Shown piece after piece: positions 30,578 through 39,544 of a DNA stretch of 40,686 nucleotides (position 1 is its first letter; the number at the start of each line of letters is the position of its first letter). A model generated the notes under the pieces. That model was not told the origin of the DNA. It did no database searches and saw only the letters and a list, made by a program, of their open reading frames with translations. The stretch is from a virus, in IMG/VR virus record IMGVR_UViG_3300005534_000007; one strand, written 5' to 3'. The translations under genes were made by a program, and so were the position numbers.

Positions 30578-30801
30578 TATTAACATTCTCCGGCTACGGC
30601 TACGGCGACGGCTCCGGCCACGGCTCCGGCCACGGCGACGGCTCCGGCCAAGGCTCCGGCTCCGGCTACGGCTACGGCTACGGCTCCGGCTGCGGCTACG
30701 GCTCCGGCTACGGCTACGGCTACGGCGACGACTCCGGCCACGGCTACGGCCACGGCTACGGCTACGGCCACGGCTACGGCGACGGCTCCGGCCACGGCTA
30801 G
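30565..30801 (+). CDS. (X-Gly)35 repeat peptide rich in Tyr, Ser, His and Asp
   Basis: 78 aa: MEPIVLTF followed by 35 dipeptide units (13 YG, 10 SG, 6 HG, 3 DG, and one each of DD, QG and CG). The ATG overlaps the upstream ORF by 13 nt. Confidence 0.5.
   Translation: MEPIVLTFSGYGYGDGSGHGSGHGDGSGQGSGSGYGYGYGSGCGYGSGYGYGYGDDSGHGYGHGYGYGHGYGDGSGHG
30589..30798. repeat. Hexanucleotide tandem array (NNC-GGC) x35
   Basis: 210 nt, with 160/210 G+C by direct count. Codons used are GGC for Gly, TAC for Tyr, TCC for Ser, CAC for His and GAC for Asp, plus single CAA (Gln) and TGC (Cys). Confidence 0.95.
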
Positions 30802-30805
30802 ATAA

Positions 30806-30823
30806 AAGCTGATTGATTCAAAT
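30806..30823. repeat. 18-bp direct repeat (right copy)
   Basis: Identical to 30219..30236. The copies are spaced 587 bp apart. Confidence 0.9.
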
Positions 30824-30837
30824 GTCCAAATGTGGCA

Positions 30838-30855
30838 TCCTTTCTTAGGAAAGGA
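30838..30855 (+). promoter_or_regulatory. Hairpin sequestering the SD of the 28-aa ORF
   Basis: TCCTTTC-ttag-GAAAGGA. The 3' arm is part of AAAGGAG, 5 nt before the ATG at 30862. Confidence 0.4.
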
Positions 30856-30861
30856 GTTTAC

Positions 30862-30948
30862 ATGTGGTTAATTTGGACCGTTTTATTTCTGAAGTGCGGA
30901 TTTATAACTTTCTTGGCCGGGAATTTCATCTTTGGATGGGGTGAGTAG
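30862..30948 (+). CDS. 28-aa hydrophobic peptide
   Basis: Hand translation: MWLIWTVLFLKCGFITFLAGNFIFGWGE. Strong SD (AAAGGAG). Confidence 0.35.
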   Translation: MWLIWTVLFLKCGFITFLAGNFIFGWGE

Positions 30949-30953
30949 ATAGA

Positions 30954-32612
30954 TCACTTAGGAGATTCTTTCAGTTCGTTCTCCAGTTCATAAAATCCTT
31001 TTTCGGCTATAGCGAATCGTCCTGCTTTTAGATCATCTATAGCGTCTTTCCAAACGATTATAAGTGTTGGTTTGTCAAGAAGCATTTTCAGTGCATTCTT
31101 GGCTATCTCCCAGCCTGCACTCAACTTAGCAAGTTCTGGACTGAGAACATATTTTCCGGCTAGTTTTATTAGGTCTCGAAAACCAGCCGATTCTGCCCTT
31201 TTTAGAAGAGAATATGGTTTCTGGATCGACATAAAATCCTTTATCAATCCTTCGAAGTTTTTGAAATTTTCCTTTCCTAGTAACCTGATAAACGGCCTCC
31301 TAAGATTTTCATTCCTCTTGTCAAGAAGTTTTGCTATTTCTTTGAACTCAATTTTTTCTTTCCCAAATGGTTTTGAAATCTGTTCCTGAACAAATTCGTA
31401 ATCTTTCAAATGGCCCCATTGCTTATTCTGTTCTTTGAAAAGACTCAAAAATTGACTGTCAGGAAGAATAGTCTCATAGACATCTTCGAGAGCCTTATTA
31501 TATTCTAATAGAGCATCTCTCTTGCCCTTATTGAATCCTTTGGATTTCCCAGGTTCGAAATAGGTGGCTAATTCTTGATTGTTTTTTCTGAATTGTTCTA
31601 TTGATTGTGGAAGAGAAAATTGTTTATCTGCATTAGATACACGTTTTATAAGTTTTCCAAATTCTCTTTTAAAAGCTGATTCACTTTCTGAAAGCGTGAT
31701 GCCTTTTGTATTTTGAACACTATCTTTTAATCTCTTCTTCATGAAATTCTGAAGAGTGTTCTTGGTTATTTTGATAGGAAGATCGGCAGCAGATTTTTCG
31801 AGATTTTCAAACCCCTGGTTTAGTTTTTCGGCATATTGTATAGGGTTTTCTCTTATATCTTTGTAAGTGGGACTTTCTGATAAAATCTTGTCTGAAATAT
31901 TTTTAAAGTCCGCTTCCACTTTTTCGTTTATTATCTTATGCCTGGCAGCAGATAATTCCTTAGGCTTTTTAGTGCTTTCATATCTTCTAGTTGGTAAGCC
32001 TGAAGGTTTTGTTTCTTTGGCTATTGAAAATGGCATTTGAGGTTTAGGAGTTTTTGCAGATAAACCACCTATGCCTAATGCTATAGGATCTGCAAGTACT
32101 TCGGGAATTCCAGCGGCTTGGAGTCCCTGCGAAGAGGCCCCTGCAACGGCTCCTCCCACTGCTTTTTGTTGAATATTGCCTGGACTTATCTTCGAGCCCA
32201 AACCGGCTAGTCTAAGAGCTTTTTGATACCATTCTTTGGGCTCTAGTGGAACTCCAGTTCTTTCCTCTATTTCTCTAGCGATGTTAGAGACAGTTGGCAC
32301 ATACTTTAGGGCATTCCCGGCAGCCTCCATATACTTCTCTTCATCGAATGGGACGCCTTCTCTTTCCGAGACTTTTTTAATATGCTCTATTTCTTCCGGA
32401 TCTAAGACCTCTCCCATCCCCAGTAATTGCCAAGCAGAAGCAGCCAAACCAGGTGCTGTACCTTCTACAGCTCCTAACGCGGGTTGTACAGACGTTCGTA
32501 GAATTTTCTTACCGGTGGATTCTTCTGCGGACTTTAGATCATCCCATCGAAGAGAATTTGTTTGTGGAGAAGATAATGGTTTTAGGTCATCCCACTTCAA
32601 TTGCTTCGCCAT
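30954..32612 (-). CDS. Internal virion/ejection protein candidate (large, helical, Gly/Ala-rich segments)
   Basis: 552 aa, the last gene of the tail and internal-protein run. Has a duplicated (K/R)WDDLK motif at the N-terminus and hydrophobic Gly/Ala stretches. Confidence 0.45.
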   Translation of the reverse strand: MAKQLKWDDLKPLSSPQTNSLRWDDLKSAEESTGKKILRTSVQPALGAVEGTAPGLAASAWQLLGMGEVLDPEEIEHIKKVSEREGVPFDEEKYMEAAGNALKYVPTVSNIAREIEERTGVPLEPKEWYQKALRLAGLGSKISPGNIQQKAVGGAVAGASSQGLQAAGIPEVLADPIALGIGGLSAKTPKPQMPFSIAKETKPSGLPTRRYESTKKPKELSAARHKIINEKVEADFKNISDKILSESPTYKDIRENPIQYAEKLNQGFENLEKSAADLPIKITKNTLQNFMKKRLKDSVQNTKGITLSESESAFKREFGKLIKRVSNADKQFSLPQSIEQFRKNNQELATYFEPGKSKGFNKGKRDALLEYNKALEDVYETILPDSQFLSLFKEQNKQWGHLKDYEFVQEQISKPFGKEKIEFKEIAKLLDKRNENLRRPFIRLLGKENFKNFEGLIKDFMSIQKPYSLLKRAESAGFRDLIKLAGKYVLSPELAKLSAGWEIAKNALKMLLDKPTLIIVWKDAIDDLKAGRFAIAEKGFYELENELKESPK

Positions 32613-33594
32613 TAGGGCCTCTTCTATAACGCTTTCCGGTTGAAGGATCTGTTCTTATTTCTTCTTGCCCCGAAGATTTTCCTTTCCCAGATTGCGTGTA
32701 TAATTGGAAGCCTTCATTAATAATTTGATCCATTTCTGGCTTGAATCTAGCACGGACCTGTGCATCTATATTTATGGGTCTGTATCCGTCATTTTCTTCG
32801 AGAATTTGATCGTAAATCTGTTGCTTTCTCAAGTCAATTGTCGCCACTTTTGTCCAATAGTCAACAGCAGATTCATTAACTTCATTACTTTTCAATATGT
32901 CGGGCAAGATTGTTTCATACCAAAAGAATTCTTGTTGGGTAGGTTTAGATCCAAAAAGTCCCTTGAATCCTCCTGCAAAAGCCTTTGAAGACAAACTGAG
33001 TTTTTGGCCTGCTTTTCCCAGAAAAAGATTGGCTAATGGACTGTCCTTATCTTTCAAATATTTGTATAATATATTCTTTGCGGAAGCACCAGTTTCTCCG
33101 GTTGCGAGAGCTTCTCGTGCTTCTTCTGCGGCTAATAGGATACTTTCAGCATGTTCGCCACTTTCCCGCAAGTTTTCGGCATATTTAGAAGTTTCCTTAT
33201 GGCCAAATTCTCTATTGGACTGAGCCATTTTTCTTTCTTCCCTATCAGCTTTCTCCTGAGATTGTTGCTGATTTTGAAGTATCCCTCCTAATCCATGATG
33301 GGCCAATTCAGCCGCTAAGATCTGTTCTTGAGAGAATTTCTTATTCGGACTAGGAGTTCCTTGTGACTCTGGAACGCCTTGTAGTTGGGTTCCTATTTCT
33401 CCAGAATCCATTGCACCACCAGACATTCCCAGGATGGCTTGCAACATCTGCATCTCTTGTTGTTTTTTTGCTTTTTCGAGACCCAACTTGGATGCGTATT
33501 CATTTCCAGTCTGAATTCCCTGTGACAGTCCAGCACCCAGATTCCTGGCGAATTCTTCCCCAAAGCTTGGGGCTCTCGGTATTATTTGCACCAT
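32587..33594 (-). CDS. Internal virion/ejection protein candidate
   Basis: 335 aa, Q/E/G-rich, with AAGGGA 7 nt upstream. Confidence 0.45.
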   Translation of the reverse strand: MVQIIPRAPSFGEEFARNLGAGLSQGIQTGNEYASKLGLEKAKKQQEMQMLQAILGMSGGAMDSGEIGTQLQGVPESQGTPSPNKKFSQEQILAAELAHHGLGGILQNQQQSQEKADREERKMAQSNREFGHKETSKYAENLRESGEHAESILLAAEEAREALATGETGASAKNILYKYLKDKDSPLANLFLGKAGQKLSLSSKAFAGGFKGLFGSKPTQQEFFWYETILPDILKSNEVNESAVDYWTKVATIDLRKQQIYDQILEENDGYRPINIDAQVRARFKPEMDQIINEGFQLYTQSGKGKSSGQEEIRTDPSTGKRYRRGPNGEAIEVG

Positions 33595-33605
33595 GATCTA
33601 TTCCC

Positions 33606-34193
33606 TTAGAGAAGTCCCATTAATTTTAAAATCCAGTTATTTCCTGCATTGCCAGCTATTTGCCCTATACCACCGGCTGTTGCTCCAAGCAACTGCTGCC
33701 AGAATGGCTTCTGCTTTTCCATTAGCGAATAGGGCTGCTGTTGCAGCAAGTCGTTGCTCATGCTATGCAGATCGCGCAGTGCCTGCTGTTGCAGGCCAGA
33801 GCGCTGCGATTGGAGCTGCTGTGCAAAGTCTGATGAGGCCTGATTAAGGGTATTCTTAAAGCCGCTGCTGTGCCTTCCCCCTAGTTGACCCATTCCGCTA
33901 AATTTTGATGCTAGATTGCCCTGTAGCCCGCTGAATTGGCGAAGAGCAGGGGCTTCAATTTGATTGAAGGTTGCCTCGTCGCCACCAGCGAGTTTGGAGA
34001 GGAAGCTATCGGGACCGAGATTGCCAAACATCTGCTGGAAGAGCTGCATTTGTTCTGGAGTGTAGTTCTGAACTTGCTCATATCCACGAGGAGTAGAGCG
34101 GCCGCCTGATTGGAGAGATGCGCCTGGGGATCTGGAGCCGAGTCCCTGACCTGTTGGGCCGCGCAAGCCCTGTCCGCCGTAGAGTGATGACAT
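33606..34193 (-). CDS. Internal virion protein candidate (Gly/Gln-rich)
   Basis: 195 aa with a low-complexity G/Q/S-rich N-terminus and a C-terminal hydrophobic Gly-zipper-like segment LLGATAGGIGQIAGNAG. Confidence 0.45.
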   Translation of the reverse strand: MSSLYGGQGLRGPTGQGLGSRSPGASLQSGGRSTPRGYEQVQNYTPEQMQLFQQMFGNLGPDSFLSKLAGGDEATFNQIEAPALRQFSGLQGNLASKFSGMGQLGGRHSSGFKNTLNQASSDFAQQLQSQRSGLQQQALRDLHSMSNDLLQQQPYSLMEKQKPFWQQLLGATAGGIGQIAGNAGNNWILKLMGLL

Positions 34194-34248
34194 ATGGTAC
34201 CTCTTTTCTGTAGGATAACACTATAAAGACATTTTTTGAATATAAATG

Positions 34249-34716
34249 CTATGGCCGACTAATCCATTTCAAAACAACTGTTCCTGAGGTGATAGAGGGC
34301 GCTCCCGCCCCTGCTTGTATCACTATGTTGGTTGGCGTAACATATGCAGAAAGCTGTCCCGCGATTGCCACTGTTGTCCCGAATATGACGCCATAGGCGT
34401 TTGTGTTGTCGGTGTAACTCCCAAAGAGATCGACTATCTGCGAAGGCTGAAAATGCGTTATACCATGCGGGATGTTGCCGGTTGCTGTGAAGGTATAGAC
34501 CTGCTGCAATCCTTGCTGCCGGGTGTTGGCTGAGACGAACCAGCTTTCGCCATTTTGAGATGGGCGAGTGGTGGGGAATAAACCAATTGTTCGCACATTG
34601 ACTGCCTGCGCAATATCCACATAGCTCTTGTTCTGTTCCACGGTCAGCTGATGCAGATCCTCTGGGAACTCGCGAGAGGTGCGAAGGAAGACTGTCTGGT
34701 TTATGGGACTTGTCAT
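34249..34716 (-). CDS. Virion structural protein (tail-associated)
   Basis: 155-aa ORF whose start lies 1 nt after the upstream 946-aa gene. Confidence 0.5.
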   Translation of the reverse strand: MTSPINQTVFLRTSREFPEDLHQLTVEQNKSYVDIAQAVNVRTIGLFPTTRPSQNGESWFVSANTRQQGLQQVYTFTATGNIPHGITHFQPSQIVDLFGSYTDNTNAYGVIFGTTVAIAGQLSAYVTPTNIVIQAGAGAPSITSGTVVLKWISRP

Positions 34717-34717
34717 A

Positions 34718-37558
34718 TTAAGCCAGTAATTGTGAGGGACTTACGTCTAGTATTATACTATGCAATTCTATCTCAGAGAATTGGTTATTAAATCCCTGAT
34801 CTCTCATCTGCTGGTCATTCATGGTAAATCCTATCTGAACTGTATCTCCAATGAGAGATGTGTTCATCCGGTGCCATATCTGTGACTGCTGAGAGGCTGT
34901 GGGAGTCTGCAAGTTGATATTCGCAGGTGTTAGTCCCAAATTCGTGCTCTCTGGGCATGTATAAAGAACCGTGCTGTAGATGAGAGAATTATTCTGAGAA
35001 TCAGGACTTGGAACGATTTGAACCGGGTAAGGGAATTCAGGATTATTATACGGCACATTCGATTGGCTGAGGAATATTAGGAGGGTGATCTGAGATATGG
35101 CGGTAGTCGTGAGAAGATATTGCTGCGGGCCAAGGCGTGTCTTTCTGGCCATATCCCAGGCCACAGGGAATTGCTTTGTCTTAATTTGAGGGACGTACAT
35201 TCTCGTGATGAGACCGCCTCCAGAATAAGTCAGTCCTGGGATGATTGTTGGATCAAGAATAAACGTATTGGCATCTTGCACAAATACAGAAAATATCTTT
35301 CCATTTACTTCTGAAGCGACAGTTCCTATGCACCCGCTTATAGTTATGTAATCGCCAGTAGATAGGCAGTGATTGGGGGCTGTTACGACGCTGTTGCTGA
35401 ACGCTCGGATATAGAGAGAAGTTCCCTCGCTTGTTCCCTCCGTGCTGGAAAGCCTGACCAGGACAAATCCCTGTTGGTTTCCAGCTATTATCAGCGGCTG
35501 CAAAAGAGTCGATGATGAAGAATCCCATGCGGCATTCCACTGTTCCCAGCTACGATATCTTGTACCGATAGTCTGCCATGTATATCCGGATTGGGGTCTA
35601 AATGATCCATACGTGGTGTAGGATTCGTTAAAAATAGCCCAGGAGTTATCTCTATAGTTATATTGAAGCGTGCGCGTAGGAAATTCGTACACTGCTACAT
35701 TGCTACTGTTGCTACGGTAGGTGAAATATATCCATTCACTGATATAATCCCTCTGCGCACAGACGCGTTCGGTGCCGTTTTGTAGGAGGCTGAATTGGAA
35801 GACCTCGTCGGGAATTTCCAGATCTATCCTACGAACTTGCGTTTGTCCAGTGAGAATGATGCCACGAGAGCCAATTGATAGAACGCCCTCATCCAATATT
35901 ACTGATGAGAAAGTGCTGCTCGATCCAAGCTCTGAATTGATGATAAATAGATTGAACGGAATTATATCATTTCCACTAAATGCTAGGCGTACCTGCTGCT
36001 TATCAAAGCCGAGTATGAGTACGTCTTCATTGATGCCGACTGTGTTGATCGCTTGATCAAGACCGGCTGCAATAAAGCCACCAAACCCAGTCACATCCTC
36101 TGCATAAGCGAGGGGAGTTGCCGTTTGGTTTACCGGTGTTAGAATTGGCCTAAATACGGTGTTCGCGAATGTGGGATCGCCCGTGAATGAAGCTGTGTAA
36201 TAGGGAGTCCCATTTTGGCTATAGATGATTGTGTCAGGGAGATACACTTGGGAGTTGGCAGATGACGTCTGAAGTACTGGACCTATGAATAACAGGCGGT
36301 CCTTGAATGGGACGATTGCCCGTGCACCAATCAGGTAATATTGAGCTGTTGGTAAGTCCTCTATGAAGTCAGGCAGATTAGATATTGGAGGGGCGAAGTT
36401 GACCCACCCAAGATTTCCATTTAGCACCGGACTAGTTGGACTACCATTAGTGGCATCACCATCATACCATCGCAGGCAGTCCTTCGTGACGTCTGAGCGA
36501 TTTGTCAGATATTGAATTATGCCTGGGGTGTATGTATCAGTAGCGATCATGGCATAGGGAAAAGTGATTGTGAGGGTCTTGGTGGCTAGAGGAGGAGTAT
36601 TTGGCGAACACGCCGTCACATAACCGGTTTGTAGATTCAAAGTAGTTGCGTTCGCTGGTGTTGTGGATGTAAATTCATTGACAAAGACAAAGTCGCCAAC
36701 TATCAGAGGACAATTGGTGATGACTACAACAAGAGTTGTAGCTGTCTGAGAAGAAACAGTTATCGTGCTGGCGGGTGCGAACTGCATTCCAACATTGGTT
36801 GGATCGAAAGGAATTTCTATGCCATTCGTTGCCCACAAGGCTCCCTGATAATTCACGGTCCAAAATTGCTGATAATCTTCTCCATTCCAAGAAGTAGGGG
36901 TCACTGTGGCTTTTTGAACATAGCTTGGATAATTGGTGGGAAATGTCGCGGGAGGGTTTTTGTAGAAACTTACATCATAGATCAGGGCAGGAAATGTCGT
37001 AGTGATATTGTACGCATAAACAGTATCGAATCCAAGTGTCCCAGGAAATTGGGTTGAATTCGATATGAAATCCTCAAGACCCATCACGGGCAGATCTGGA
37101 TAGTATAGGAAAGTGGCGGTAACGGTGTTTCCAGCCTGTGCAGGAATAAGGATGGCTCCGGTCGCATAGTTTATGGTATTGGGACCGCTTGTCCCAGTGG
37201 GTGTCAAATAACCATCTCTGGTGGGATCTGTATAGGTGGTTGGGCCGCCAGAGGCCACTAGAGTCACGCTCCCAGGAACAATATTGCCGTCGACTTGCAG
37301 GGAGAAGGCGGTCAAGATATTTCCATTGCCTCCCCCGTCCAACGTTAGAACTAAAGCGCCAGGATTATACGATAGGGAAGTGGAATTAAAGTATCTGGTC
37401 AGCCTGCCGAGAAATTGTGTTCCCCTTTTTCTTTTAACTCTGGAGCGCCATTGGTAGGCATTTACCAATACAGGAAAGGAATCATTATCGATGTTGAATG
37501 GCGTTACGTCATTTCGAAGACCTTTCGTGATAGGACCAATGACTATTTTCTCGCCCAT
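34718..37558 (-). CDS. Large tail structural protein (nozzle/tubular-B-like candidate) carrying an FCCH-type SH3-like insert
   Basis: 946 aa, the largest virion gene. The insert VVTAPNHCLSTGDYITISGCIGTVASEVNGKIFSVFVQDANTF resembles the repeats in ORF 187..1332. Confidence 0.5.
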   Translation of the reverse strand: MGEKIVIGPITKGLRNDVTPFNIDNDSFPVLVNAYQWRSRVKRKRGTQFLGRLTRYFNSTSLSYNPGALVLTLDGGGNGNILTAFSLQVDGNIVPGSVTLVASGGPTTYTDPTRDGYLTPTGTSGPNTINYATGAILIPAQAGNTVTATFLYYPDLPVMGLEDFISNSTQFPGTLGFDTVYAYNITTTFPALIYDVSFYKNPPATFPTNYPSYVQKATVTPTSWNGEDYQQFWTVNYQGALWATNGIEIPFDPTNVGMQFAPASTITVSSQTATTLVVVITNCPLIVGDFVFVNEFTSTTPANATTLNLQTGYVTACSPNTPPLATKTLTITFPYAMIATDTYTPGIIQYLTNRSDVTKDCLRWYDGDATNGSPTSPVLNGNLGWVNFAPPISNLPDFIEDLPTAQYYLIGARAIVPFKDRLLFIGPVLQTSSANSQVYLPDTIIYSQNGTPYYTASFTGDPTFANTVFRPILTPVNQTATPLAYAEDVTGFGGFIAAGLDQAINTVGINEDVLILGFDKQQVRLAFSGNDIIPFNLFIINSELGSSSTFSSVILDEGVLSIGSRGIILTGQTQVRRIDLEIPDEVFQFSLLQNGTERVCAQRDYISEWIYFTYRSNSSNVAVYEFPTRTLQYNYRDNSWAIFNESYTTYGSFRPQSGYTWQTIGTRYRSWEQWNAAWDSSSSTLLQPLIIAGNQQGFVLVRLSSTEGTSEGTSLYIRAFSNSVVTAPNHCLSTGDYITISGCIGTVASEVNGKIFSVFVQDANTFILDPTIIPGLTYSGGGLITRMYVPQIKTKQFPVAWDMARKTRLGPQQYLLTTTAISQITLLIFLSQSNVPYNNPEFPYPVQIVPSPDSQNNSLIYSTVLYTCPESTNLGLTPANINLQTPTASQQSQIWHRMNTSLIGDTVQIGFTMNDQQMRDQGFNNQFSEIELHSIILDVSPSQLLA

Positions 37559-38107
37559 TTAGAATCCTATGGCTAGGAAATTGACTACGTGAGGAAGTTG
37601 TCCAATAGTGAGAGTAAAGCCCGTTGCTGAGCTGCTGGCTACACCTACAGAAAGCCCGTCATTTGTGAAAGGTAGAAAGAGAAGGGAGCTATTGATGAAG
37701 GGTTGCAAAGCAGGAGAAAGACCGGCGTAGGTAAAAGTCTGTGGAGACGCTGTCATGGTCAAAGAGCCGCCTTTAAGTATCATGCCTCCGAGAAGAAATG
37801 TACTGAAATTGGAAGCCGTGGAATACTGGCCCGAGCTTTGAGTTGCATCGCCAGAGTAGAAGAATAGCTGCGGAAGAGAGCCAACGGTATTGGTGAAGGC
37901 AGTCGGAAAAGTCGTCGGCACAGTCGGTACATTATTCGAGCTGAAACTCACCTGTAGGTGGGTTCCTCCGTTGTTCTCATTGAATCCCACATGATCAACT
38001 TCCCAGATTCCAGCATTGGAGGTATTGTTGACGGTCATATTGGGCTGATCCACTGAAGGATCATTTGTAGCTACTGGAAGTGGGCTCGTGTATGTGAAAT
38101 TTGTCAT
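37559..38107 (-). CDS. Virion structural protein
   Basis: 182-aa ORF with an ATGA overlap upstream. Its stop codon abuts the start of the downstream 946-aa gene. Confidence 0.5.
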   Translation of the reverse strand: MTNFTYTSPLPVATNDPSVDQPNMTVNNTSNAGIWEVDHVGFNENNGGTHLQVSFSSNNVPTVPTTFPTAFTNTVGSLPQLFFYSGDATQSSGQYSTASNFSTFLLGGMILKGGSLTMTASPQTFTYAGLSPALQPFINSSLLFLPFTNDGLSVGVASSSATGFTLTIGQLPHVVNFLAIGF

Positions 38108-39279
38108 AGTGTTCCCTGACCTACATTGTTGAAAGTACCCCCTCCCTGCACATCACTGAATATAGTAGCGGTGCGAGTGGAGGTAAACTGGCGCTGGCTT
38201 CTCTTCCATACGAGAGTCTCTTGCTCTTTAAATAGGGGTTCGTAGAACTGGAATTGGTCTATGTCCCCCGTATCTGCGAGTATCTTACGGGCTGCTCCTC
38301 TAGCTATGTATTCAGCCATATAGCCAAAAGGAATTGCTGAGGAGGTATTTAGAAATGCAGCCGGCGTGAGATAAGCATCTAATTCGACGAGATATTGAAG
38401 ATTTGGAGGAGGACGTAGAGATAGCGTGTTATTATAGAATAAAACACCCCTAGGAATACCTGGCTGAAAGAAGTAACATTGCGCTTGGATGGGGGTCCCA
38501 GCCGGAATGGTGGCGGGAAAGGTCACATTGGCGACGCCAGTCACATAATTGACTGTATTTAAGGATGTGTTATAGCCGCCAGCCAGCGGCTGATTGCCAA
38601 GGGGCGCAGCTCCTGGGGCCATCAACAGGCCGTAAAGATCACTATTCGTGCTGTCGCGCAGGAATTGTCCACTGTCAGCCACTACTATATTTTGGCCATT
38701 CGCGCCCGTGGCAGTGAAGTAAACGCCCGAATAGACGCTAGTGGTGGGAATGGTCGTGATAAACTCAGTGCTAGGACCTGATGGAACAAGAGGGGGGTCT
38801 TGAGTAGATCCGGTCGCAATGATACCAGTGATATCGATGTGACCAGGAATAGCTGGGAAGAAAGGAAGGGTCAATTGATAAACTGTGCTGCCATTTCCAG
38901 TTCCAGTTCCTACTTGCACGAGTGATTGGATGTAGTTTGGCCAAAGATTGAAGAATGTCTCTCGCTGCGTGTAGAAGGGCATCTGTATGCCGTTGACGGT
39001 CGCCGTCTGGCTAAAGCCTTGATAGACTGGGAAGGGGCCAATGGTCTGGCCTCCAGGTTCCGTTTGTACACTGTAGAGAGGTGTATTATAGTCTGATATG
39101 CCAGGGGTTGTCTGGAATTGGTACTTGGTCTTGAGGTCGAATGTCTGAATTCGAGCATCGACATCCATGAGCCAGAATCGATTGATATAATCAATCAATA
39201 AGGTGTCGGATATATCGGCGTTTGTGGGCGACTTTATTATCCGACGAACATAGGTAATGATGTCATTGAGCAAGTTCAT
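38104..39279 (-). CDS. Virion structural protein (adaptor or tail-tubular-A-like candidate)
   Basis: 391-aa ORF upstream of the large tail protein. No motif recognised. Confidence 0.45.
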   Translation of the reverse strand: MNLLNDIITYVRRIIKSPTNADISDTLLIDYINRFWLMDVDARIQTFDLKTKYQFQTTPGISDYNTPLYSVQTEPGGQTIGPFPVYQGFSQTATVNGIQMPFYTQRETFFNLWPNYIQSLVQVGTGTGNGSTVYQLTLPFFPAIPGHIDITGIIATGSTQDPPLVPSGPSTEFITTIPTTSVYSGVYFTATGANGQNIVVADSGQFLRDSTNSDLYGLLMAPGAAPLGNQPLAGGYNTSLNTVNYVTGVANVTFPATIPAGTPIQAQCYFFQPGIPRGVLFYNNTLSLRPPPNLQYLVELDAYLTPAAFLNTSSAIPFGYMAEYIARGAARKILADTGDIDQFQFYEPLFKEQETLVWKRSQRQFTSTRTATIFSDVQGGGTFNNVGQGTL

Positions 39280-39544
39280 TTCTGTTTAACCAGAGTACCT
39301 TATTTTTTTCAGTCAATTTCTGCTTAAATTCTCTTATCCAATTGATGACATTATCTAAATCACCACAACTTAGGAGGGCTACGATTGTATTTCCTAAAAC
39401 GAAGTTTAATGCTCTTCTGTTTTCTGATGATTCATGACCTGGCAAAGGGCCTATAGTTTCTATGTATTTATCCCTATGCTTATTCAATAGAGCAAAATAT
39501 ATGGAAATATCTTCCCAATGGCCTTTTTCTTCCTCAATCATCAC
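39263..39544 (-). CDS. Small helical protein, visibly AT-rich relative to neighbours
   Basis: 93-aa ORF (GTG, or an ATG one codon later) wedged between structural genes with overlaps at both ends. Confidence 0.5.
   Translation of the reverse strand: MMIEEEKGHWEDISIYFALLNKHRDKYIETIGPLPGHESSENRRALNFVLGNTIVALLSCGDLDNVINWIREFKQKLTEKNKVLWLNRNELAQ

Noticed and set aside
30580-30795. 71-aa minus-strand ORF encoding (Ala-Val/Gly)n
   Set aside because: It is the antisense mirror of the (NNC-GGC)35 array. It is open only because the repeat lacks stop codons in that frame, and it has no independent start context.
30589-30798. Possible CRISPR array or minisatellite locus
   Set aside because: The period is 6 nt with no spacers. 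The array is in frame and coding, and there are no cas genes or leader.
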